The notes under the pieces: generated by a model
Seen by the model: only the letters and a program-made list of their open reading frames with translations
What the model was told of the DNA's origin: nothing
Database searches by the model: none
Origin: Rotaria sordida
Lineage: Eukaryota
Length of the DNA stretch: 8,513 nucleotides
Reading direction: 5' to 3'
Assembly (NCBI GenBank): GCA_905250005.1
Contig: CAJNOH010000575.1
Location: 49,371 to 57,883, forward strand
Position numbers and translations under genes: made by a program
Part shown: piece by piece, positions 1-8,466 of the stretch
Position numbering within the stretch: position 1 is the first letter of the stretch
Layout of the letters: every line of letters starts with the position of its first letter

Positions 1-1
1 C

Positions 2-428
2 CGTGACAGAGAAACTCCAATACCCATCACAGACCGTGACAGAGAAATTGTAGATTTGAAGCATCAAATAAACGGTCAGCTACAAATCTATCGTAAAGAA
101 ATGGAAGAAGACGTTGTCCATTTAATTCGTAACAATAGGTTCATCGTGTTTTACACTTTTAATCCCGCAAGGGATTGCGCTAACAGTTTTTCTTCTTATT
201 CTGTCGTCGTTACAGATAACCAAAGGGGAAAAATCCCTCATTATGGAAACAAGCAATATAAGGGTCACGATGCTTCCTTTGCTCTTACTCTTCGATGATT
301 GCATTAGCAGAGTGAAAGAGAAGAAGAGCAAACAAACATTGGAAAAATACAAGCAGAAACTCAGGATATTCATCGGACGGAATAATGAATTACATGTGTT
401 AGATAGTGAGTGCTGTAAAAAAAGATAA
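2..428 (+). CDS. Possible 3' portion of an unidentified protein-coding gene (two exons, putative intron 129-186)
   Basis: Frame 2 is open from the window edge (RDRETPIPITDRDREIVDLKHQINGQLQIYRKEMEEDVVHLI...). Removing a putative 58-nt GT..AG intron (129-186, gtaaca...taacag) joins it in frame to the downstream ORF ending ...LRIFIGRNNELHVLDSECCKKR* at 428. Charged, coil-like N-terminal part; no family recognised. The intron is inferred. Confidence 0.25.
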
Positions 429-447
429 AAGTTTTGACCATAACTTA

Positions 448-745
448 CAATGGAGGTGTTTGTGTTGTAACAGCTAGACTTGATATTCAGGCGTCAAATG
501 AAAGCTCTCGCCGCAAAACTAACAAGGTTAAAATATTAGCGGCTATTGATGGACCCTAAAGGAGATATTCAATTTTTTGCGATACTTGTGGCTGGGGTAT
601 ACCAGTATATTAGGATTATTCACATTAATTTTTTATACAATCAACTGAGTATTTCAATAGTAAGCCACAAGAATCTTCCTGAACTTTATCAATAGCATTA
701 GGATCATATTAGATCATATTAGTCTCGATGTATTTTTTGAACTTA
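448..745 (+). repeat. Left terminal inverted repeat arm
   Basis: Inverted match to 880-1167, roughly 90% or better by eye. This arm carries a local duplication, gatcatatta x2 (~703-722), absent from the right arm. Confidence 0.85.
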
Positions 746-879
746 AGTGATTTCAATATAGATAAAGATCGGTTAGTAGTTATCAGAATCTTTAACTCAT
801 AAATAGGTTCGATTTTATTTCAACTGAAAACAATAGATTGTATAATATACTATTTTAATAAATCTATTACAAGTGCAGA

Positions 880-1167
880 TAAGTTCCAGAAGATATCGAA
901 ACTAATGTGACCTTAATGCTGTTGATAAAGTTCAGGAAGATTCTTATGGCTTACTATTGAAATACTCAGTTGATTGTATAAAAAATTAATGTGAATAATC
1001 CTAATATACTGGTATACCCCAGCCACAAGTACCGTAAAAATTGAATATCTCCTTTAGGATCCATCAACAGCCGCTAATATTTTAACCTTGTTAGTTTGGC
1101 GGTGAGAGCTTTCATTTGGCGCCTAAATATCAAGTCTAGCTTGGTTACAACATAAACACCTCCGTTG
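880..1167 (-). repeat. Right terminal inverted repeat arm
   Basis: Reverse complement of the 448-745 arm; see element entry. Confidence 0.85.
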
Positions 1168-3509
1168 CTAGTAGTTCTTTTCATATTACACGTTCGAATC
1201 ATCGATAGAACAAATCATTCTTTATTAACGTTCGATAGAATAGTGCACATTGAGTCTAAACAATGCTAACGAGATATTTCAAGAACTATTTTTCAGAGAA
1301 AGAATAGTAAGAGACGATTTTTTTTGTTCAAGAAAGACAGTTAAAAAGGTCCATCCACCGATAAAACTATCTGAAATCAAGCGAAGCGACGCTTCGTCTT
1401 CGCATACTCGCGAGAATATTGGTGTCCATTTTTGTTCGAAAAACTATCATGATTTACATCCCAAATCCTGAAAAGCATGTGTAAAGAATGAATACGAGAA
1501 AAAGCTCTTATATTGGTCGAATGATTGAGTTCACAATATAATTTCACTTTGATACATGACACTCTGAGACATCGAAATGTGTTTTTACCCCTATTTATAT
1601 GAAAGAAAATATTTTGAATATACGTAAGCCAAGAGAGAGGAACGGAATTATACTAAAACTGAAATAGTTTAGTGAGTTCAGGTACTAGACCCTCACCCTA
1701 ACCCCTCAAAATGAATTAATACAAGTGTCTATGGCACATGAATATCAGATTGTTCAAAAGTAATTGAAAATGAAAATAGATTTTATAAAAAAAGTTCTTA
1801 GATTTATTGAAACTATGACAGCGATATAAAAGACATTTATTTAAAAATAGTTATATACATGCGTTGCCTTCCATTTTTTCAATTAGATCTTTTCCCTTGT
1901 TTTTCCTTTCTTTTCTTTTTTTGTGTAATTTTGTTTTTTTTTTGTTTTTTGTGCTTAAAACTGTTATGAGGACCCTGATGAATGTTTATATTTCGATAAA
2001 AAACACGAAACACGTCAGTGAAGTTAAACTCTGCATTTATTCTTCATTCAAAGCATATTATCTACACTACTTGAAATTTTATTTCGACCGAAGATCGATG
2101 GCTGACAAGCAAAAGTTGAGACTAGCAGACTGACTTGTCTACTTCTTCAAGAGATAGGTCAGTCTGTTTTTCAATTGATTGATTATCACCCTCGTTTCTC
2201 CAACACCTAGATAACTCATGTCCCAGTCACATTTTTATTAATCGCAAAAAGTTTATTATCTCAAACACTTGGCCTAATTCTTTTACCTATTTTAAATACT
2301 GACTTCTATGAAATAGTTTCCTTACCTTCCACTGTATATTAGTATGTCGTTTTTGTTTTGAAAAATAATGAAAAACTAAATAGTAACCATCATCTTATAT
2401 ACAATTCTTCTTTTTTCTTTTTTTACTTCCGAAATCGGTATGTTTGGGGTTTTTTCCTACTTTATGATAGGTATCTATTACATTCTATTTGGATAAGCGG
2501 AACACCTTTTAAAGATAGCTACGATCGATTGCAAAAAGGTAATTAAAAAAGTTATCTTTTAACATGTAATGTGATACCGATGATGAAGTGAACAGAAAAA
2601 AAAGCAAAACAATTTCCATTTGAAAATCACAAAAAAAATCAACGAAAATTCATCGAAATCCGTCACTATCCGAGACGAATTGAATATACATATAACACTA
2701 GCTACATGATGGGTAGTCGATTGAACGCATTCTAATTGTACGATGTAACAAAAAATGACGAGTAGAATTATTTCGTTATTATAACTATGGTTGTTTTATT
2801 TTAATAAATAATGAAAAACTGAAGAAGTATGGTTACCATCACTCTTTGTGTTAATATATTGATTCATTAATATGATTCTTATTATAAGTTAGTATGTCAA
2901 ACGATGTAGCTGATTCAGTCAGTCCATTCCTAATGCTTTTGATACAACAGCACGCGGAGCAATATACACCGTTATATTTGCATCCAGTTTTGGTTACTTA
3001 CAGCTAATTTCAACGTTATACATATGAAAATATTACTGAAAAACTTCGAACTACAACAGCAAATTACTTCAATTCATGTTACCCTCAATTTATATTATCT
3101 TGCAGTAATTCATACTTCCAAAGACACATCAATAGCGTTACTTTAAATTATATTGCATCGTTTCATACCGTCTTGCACTGATTATGACGCGTGTAATGTG
3201 GAAACTTTAGATACAAGCCGAAGCATTCCACTTTTATTAATCAAGTTATCGATTTTTTATTAACAAATTAATTAATTCTGATTACAGTTATGTCTATGAG
3301 AGAACCTGAACCTGGTCAACCAAGAAAAAATAACGCCCAAGTACAACCTAGCGATATTGAGACAATGTGCTGTTCATAATCATCTACTCCAATCTATCAA
3401 TACTTCTCAAATGCTGTCGCCATTATCGCCTCAGACTATTGATGCTCAAGAAAGTCGCCAACATTTATCGAAGCGATATGCGAAAATCATTGAATAAGCC
3501 AAGTAGGAT

Positions 3510-3833
3510 ATGATGGCTGTCTACATTGCGCCAGCGGAAGCACACATACATAAGTGCCAAGTCAAATTCGACACTGAGCTAGCTCAAACGAAAGAATATC
3601 AACATACGTTTCAGAAATCTGAGTGCACGTTTTCAATTTCTCCACGACTTGAAGATGCGTATGTTCACCAAAGCACTGACTGTTACTGTCAAGACAATGG
3701 AGACTATGTAAGCCGTCGATGTAAATATACAAAAAAATATCAACGTTTCGTCGCATACTATCATCAATTTTTCCACAATATTATCTATCATCTCAACAAG
3801 TGTCACATAAATCAGTCTCTTCGTCTAACATGA
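3510..3833 (+). other. Uncharacterised 107-aa ORF, possibly an exon or gene remnant
   Basis: Open frame MMAVYIAPAEAHIHKCQVKFDTELAQTKEYQ...; Cys/His/Gln-rich, no recognised domain. It is the longest plus-strand ORF in the otherwise empty 1.2-5.3 kb stretch, but its length is weak evidence. Confidence 0.15.
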
Positions 3834-5367
3834 AAAACATGATATATGAGTGGAGTAAATAGTTTCATGTTCTTAAAATTGAGATGATATTTTCTATTTA
3901 GAACTCTAGAATCGCCTAGCAATACATTCCAATTAACAATTATCCTTTCTTTTTATCTTCAGAATTCTGCTTATGGTACCATTTTTAGATTTGTTTTTCA
4001 TTTTAAATGTTTTAATCGTATATTTCTTGTTAGAGAAGACACAACCGTTCACAAATCATATAGGCTCTTTCTAGATAATGTGACATATACCCTTCTGCAT
4101 TGCACTGTGGCCAATTAACGATCAACAAAACTATCTCTTATTACTCAACATTCGCAAACTGTCATGGATGTGCAACTGACAGACTAGAAACCAGCAAGTC
4201 AAGAACTACAAACACGCAATAATGATAGCACTTTACGGCCTTCCTCTAAGACTGCCACCAGCGCTGCTACTAATAGAAAAATTTCCATTGCTTACTACGT
4301 CATCGTTGTCCGATGTTCAGAGAACAATAAATACAACTCCTCAAGAATGTCAACCATGAACAGTTCCAACAGACAATGGCACAAGACAACCGATTTTAAC
4401 ATTTCTTCCGCTTTCCACCATCTCGCCTACAAAAAGATTATCGCGAATAACAAGAAACTGATCCTTCCACAATGAACTAAATGACGCACTGACATGATGC
4501 ATCTGCCACTTACATCGTCACTAACGAGTCACGGAACAATGACAACACCGATAGCAAAATATACGGAGTTCCTTACTTCCCTACTTACCTTCGAACGATT
4601 CAAATTGTAACAGAGTAGTCAACTCTGAACTATTGTGATCGTCGAATAATTAGGTTTTCATAAAGCCACCAAATGAGACATTTTTGCCGCGTCGAACCTC
4701 ATTGTGGTAGCTAATTATTATTTTAATTTTCGAATTACAAAAAATAAACACATCAACTCATCCTCACCCCTCACTCTCAAGATATCTGTCTAAGCACTAT
4801 TGAATAGGAATTACATATGTAATAATACCATTCTATTAAGTTTCTTCCCGTTAAGGAATTATGTGCAACTCAGAAACAAAATGATGGAAGTTTTTATTAC
4901 CTTAACAACAATATGAGCAACTCTTCGACTGAAAAATGAGACTTCTCCAAAAGTTGAACTATAATCGATGCCAATTACACGAGAGTTCATCAGACTTAAA
5001 AACAAATACCAGCGTGCGAAGCTACGATATGAACTATTATAACACCTGAGGGTCTGAACTGAACTATTTATCTTTCAAAAAATAGGAGACCCTTATTGTG
5101 TAGCCAAAGGTTTACTTCATATTTCTGTCACGATAATTAAAATATATCTCTTTTCGTATCTGAACTGTGTATAAGCTGCCAGGATGAGGTCGTCCAGCAG
5201 AACTATATCGGCATAGGTCTAATACGAATCTCTTTTAAATTCCTTTAAAGCTTGACAGTTTTTCAAATGAACATATTATACTAACAGTGACCTGCACGTA
5301 CAAAACATTGATCGCAATATAAGCCCATGTTCAAACTTATAACTTTCAAAACAAATTAGAAGCGAAT

Positions 5368-5412
5368 GGGGTGTGGGTGTGGGAGTGGGTATGTGGATGT
5401 GGGTTAGGGTGT
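5368..5412 (+). repeat. Degenerate telomere-like G-rich tract (TGTGGG-type, one TTAGGG)
   Basis: ggggtgtgggtgtgggagtgggtatgtggatgtgggttagggtg: repeated GGG separated by TGT/AGT/TTA. Confidence 0.75.
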
Positions 5413-5435
5413 CTTAAGTCTTTGTTGAAATCCAT

Positions 5436-5599
5436 ACCCACACCCACACCCACACCCACCCACACCCACACTCACACCCACACCCACACCCCACACCCCA
5501 CACCCCACACCCCACACCCACACCCACCCACACCCACACCCCACATCCCACACCCCACATCCCACACCCCCACACCCATACCCACCCACACCCCACCCA
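5436..5599 (-). repeat. Telomere-like C-rich tract (CCCACA / CCCCACA units)
   Basis: ~160 bp of cccaca units mixed with 7-nt ccccaca units and variants (ccccacat, cacactcac); reverse complement of TGTGGG/TGTGGGG. Confidence 0.85.
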
Positions 5600-6179
5600 A
5601 AATCTCTATTGCTGGTCAACGAAAACACATTTTGTGTTTAAAATTTCGTTGTTTCAATTTTTTCCAAAATTCTCGACTGCGTAAGTCGTATATCTCGAAG
5701 AAAGATCAACGAAACAAGTCTTTTTTTGCCAATCGATAGCTTATGGAGTTTACTACAAATTTTGTTTTGAAAGTTTTTCAGTCTCATGCTTTCCTTATTT
5801 TCTGCAAATCCTCTACAAATGATTCAAAAATGACCCAACAGGAGAGTAAAGGGATGTGTGATCTTCATAACGAACTCGACAAACAGCACGATACTGAAGA
5901 AGAAAAAAAGAAGATCTCTGTTGTACTGTGGCCAACGTATGTCAATAATTCTAAAAACCTATGCAGAACGAACATATTGGAAGAAAAATAATCTGTTGTA
6001 ATGTGGGACAGGAACAGGATGCATTCAAGAAGCTTTCATAAACTGTATTTGATAGATAAAATAGGAATAAGAAAAAATCAGAACTTTAAAGGAAATTGAA
6101 GAAGAATCAGAACATTTTTGAAAAAACAGAAACTTTGGCAAGTCTATACTTCAGTCCATGATTCATATGGAGGAAAAAG

Positions 6180-6969
6180 TTAATTAGGAGGAAGTACATT
6201 TTGTGGAAACGCTCCTGACATATTTCCAGCCGGACTGTAATTTGCGACCATGATCACCTTTCGATCTCCATCTGCAAATGCAATGCCGACTCCAAGCTTG
6301 TTTGTACCCTTCCAGACGACCTGAGTGAAATGACCCGTGTTCATTGAAAAGTTCGGATTGTTGAAATCGTAGTCCTTGATTTCATCATACCACGCCTGAG
6401 TACCTTTTCGGCCTAATAAATACAAAAGATCGAAAGCAAAAATAAACTTTTAGTGTCTCACCATGATCGTCATGAATTTGAGATTGTGAACTCCACGACG
6501 AGTGCAAATTTTCCCCGAGTCCTTTTCGATCCGTACTATGCTGGAATAGATTGTTCTTTGCCAAATATTCAGCATAGGCTTGTGCCTTGTGACTGATCGC
6601 ATCGTCGAGGGCGAGCGCATGCACACCGTGACGGTGTCGCAACGAATTGTGAAGCTTCAACGCATTCAACTGACATGCACTTTGCGCCGCTGTAAATCCG
6701 GCATGAACTTTGTTTGACGACTCTGATTCTGGTTCCTCCTCGTCTATACTTTGATCATTGCCTTGTTTCTTCTTCCAGCTCTCATTTCCGTCAACGGTTG
6801 TCTGTCCACCGTCGTTGAACTGCCACTCTATTGTTCCACCTGCCTGGTTCATAAAATCATTGAGATGGGGCTGAAAAAAGTTCGACGAGTCAACGGAACT
6901 CTCCCACATCTCTTCAACCACATTCCCGTTGACACAAATTCGACGCGATCCTTGATAGAAGCTTGACAT
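6180..6969 (-). CDS. CAP/SCP-domain (GAPR-1-like / PR-1 superfamily) protein, 246 aa, two exons: complement(join(6180..6412,6462..6969))
   Basis: Splicing gtgaga...tattag (6461 down to 6413, 49 nt) gives ...LGENLHSSWSSQSQIHDDH-GRKGTQAWYDEIKDYDFNNPNFSMNTGHFTQVVWKGTNKLGVGIAFADGDRKVIMVANYSPAGNMSGAFPQNVLPPN*. CAP signatures GENL, GHFTQVVWK, the YxPAGN-type motif and a C-terminal NVLPP match GAPR-1-like proteins. The putative His/Glu/Glu/His residues are present (LFQHS, GENL, WYDEI, GHFTQ). Confidence 0.93.
6413..6461 (-). other. 49-nt spliceosomal intron in the CAP gene
   Basis: Minus strand CATG|gtgagacactaaaagtttatttttgctttcgatcttttgtatttattag|GCCGAAAAGG. GT..AG ends; removal restores a continuous CAP domain. 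Confidence 0.92.
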
Positions 6970-7060
6970 AACTGGAAAAAATACTTAGGGCAGTCCAAAA
7001 GTAGTGTCGGAGGTTCTTTTTTTTCTTATAAATAGCTAAAAAAATTCTTTTTTTACCAAT

Positions 7061-7085
7061 CGATAGAGCGTCTTTCGCTCTATCG
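7061..7085. repeat. Perfect 10-bp stem hairpin (cgatagagcg-tcttt-cgctctatcg)
   Basis: 7061-7070 is the exact reverse complement of 7076-7085 with a 5-nt loop. Confidence 0.7.
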
Positions 7086-7124
7086 TTCTATATTATTTGA
7101 TCTATATCCAACTAAGATTATAAT

Positions 7125-7150
7125 AAAAAAGTTTCGATAAAAACTTTTTT
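7125..7150. repeat. Perfect 10-bp stem hairpin (aaaaaagttt-cgataa-aaactttttt)
   Basis: 7125-7134 is the exact reverse complement of 7141-7150 with a 6-nt loop; low complexity reduces its significance. Confidence 0.5.
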
Positions 7151-7409
7151 TGGTGTAGTCTGGCTGGTAGTAATCGTGGAGAAACCCATCTACATGTGAT
7201 TTTTTCTCGTTTTTCCTTCATTTTTTCTTGTTCTTTCTTTCATCATTGTCTTCTTTTCTCTTATAATATCTGACTATCTATACGTACATACATATACATT
7301 AACGCATTCACCGCACTGATTTTGTGTGCACGTGCCGTTCATTTGTTTATATTCCAGAAAGTCAGAAAAGTAAAAGCAAGTTGTATTCTCCTCCCATTTT
7401 CTCTTTCAA

Positions 7410-8345
7410 ATGAGTACAGAAAACTTTCAGTTCTACATTAAAGTGCGCACTGCACTTAATATTCAAGCAAGAATTATTCATGACGAATTATACTCTGCTT
7501 ATGGTAATCAAGCTCCTTCTCTCAGAACAGTGGAAAGGTGGTCTAAGCTGTTTCGTGAAGGTCGAGAAGAAATTGAAGATAAAACACGACCTGGTAGACC
7601 CATTACTGAAACAACATCTGAAAATATCGAACAAATCCGCCTTCTTATCAATGATGATCCTTATCTCACAATAGAACAGTTAGAAGATCAAACTGATTTA
7701 AGCCGTGGTACAATTCATCGAATCATTACCGATCATTTGAATCTAAGAAAGATCACCGTACGTTACGTACCCAAAGATCTAACCGATTTTCAACAGACTG
7801 AACGAGTTCGAATATGTAAAGAAAACTTAGCAAAATTTCAACAAGGTACATGGCGATTATGTGACATAATAACTGGTGACGAATCGTGGTTTTTCCATAA
7901 GCAAATCGCTCGAACGTCATCAAATGCAGCGTGGGTGAAAAGAGGAGATCCTTCACCTACTGTAACTCGACAAAATAAGCATGCTCCAAGGACCTTATTT
8001 TTCATCTTTTTCAAGTCAAATGGTCCTATTTTCATTCATCGTTTGGAACGTGGAGAAACTATGGATCATCAGTATTATATCCACAATTGTTTACATCCTC
8101 TCGTCGATGAACTTAAACGCTAAAGATCTTCATATGGAACACGTGGTATTAAAATTCATCATGATAATGGAAAACCACATATTCATAAAGATGTATCTAC
8201 TTATCTTCAATCAAAAGGTCTCACAGTGATACCACATCCAGCCAACTCTTCCGACTTATCACCCTGCGATTTTTGGTTGTTTGACTTAATTAAAGAAAAT
8301 CTGACCGATTACAGTGATTCACAATCATTATATGATGCTGTGGCA
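7410..8345 (+). pseudogene. Mariner-type (Tc1/mariner superfamily, DD34D) transposase pseudogene: one in-frame stop, C-terminus missing
   Basis: HTH-region motifs LRTVERWSKLFREGREEIEDKTRPGRP and LSRGTIHRIITDHLNLRK; first catalytic D in ITGDESW; in-frame TAA at 8121-8123 (VDELKR*RSSYGTRGIKIHHDNGKPHIHK); second and third D in HHDN and SPCDFWLF with exactly 34 residues between. Homology ends near ...SDSQSLYDAV. Confidence 0.93.
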
Positions 8346-8373
8346 AGGGGGAAAAAGCTGACTCTGAAGCATC

Positions 8374-8466
8374 GGAGTCAATAGAGTCAATGGGAGTCAG
8401 CTGGAGTCGGTTGGAGTCAGCAGAGTCAGCTGAAGTCAGCGGAGTCAGTTGGAGTCAGTTGGAGTC
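8374..8466 (+). repeat. Degenerate ~10-bp minisatellite, consensus about GGAGTCAGTT
   Basis: About ten consecutive units: ggagtcaata, gagtcaatg, ggagtcagct, ggagtcggtt, ggagtcagca, gagtcagct, gaagtcagc, ggagtcagtt, ggagtcagtt, ggagtc. Confidence 0.85.

Larger units (their letters stand above)
448..1167. mobile_element. Non-autonomous DNA element (foldback/MITE-like) with long terminal inverted repeats
   Basis: 448-745 (caatggaggtgttt...ttttttgaactta) is the near-perfect reverse complement of 880-1167 (taagttccaga...aacacctccgttg). It includes ~80 bp of uninterrupted identity (cttgtggctggggtataccagtatattaggattattcacattaattttttatacaatcaactgagtatttcaatagtaagcca). No internal ORF in the ~135-bp centre. 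Confidence 0.85.

Noticed and set aside
1250-1562. Overlapping small ORFs 1250-1471 (+) and 1377-1562 (-)
   Set aside because: Short, mutually antisense and without motifs; consistent with chance in AT-rich DNA. The small palindrome cgaagcgacgcttcg (1382-1396) is too short to interpret.
1864-2133. 89-aa ORF starting MPSIFSIRSFPLFFLSFLFLCNFVFFLFF
   Set aside because: The hydrophobic stretch comes from a T-rich low-complexity tract; it could mimic a signal/TM segment but no family or gene context supports it.
4110-4600. Slightly more GC-rich segment that looks like decayed coding sequence
   Set aside because: Every frame is repeatedly interrupted and I recognised no motif; not reportable without a translated search.
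5371-5739. 122-aa plus-strand ORF rich in TPTPTHTH and the minus-strand GCGCGWVWVWG ORFs (5404-5628, 5414-5596)
   Set aside because: These are translations of the CCCACA/TGTGGG simple repeat; open frames here are a by-product of the repeat and not evidence of coding.
5743-5991. 82-aa ORF MEFTTNFVLKVFQSHAFLIFCKSSTNDSKMTQQ...
   Set aside because: No recognisable domain and a lysine/glutamate low-complexity tail; insufficient evidence for a gene.
6751-6966. 71-aa plus-strand ORF
   Set aside because: Antisense shadow of the well supported CAP exon 1; no independent signal.
7480-8229. ORFs 7480-7674 (+), 7753-7956 (-), 7838-8035 (-), 7981-8229 (+)
   Set aside because: Alternative-frame or antisense shadows of the mariner transposase frame, which carries the recognisable motifs.
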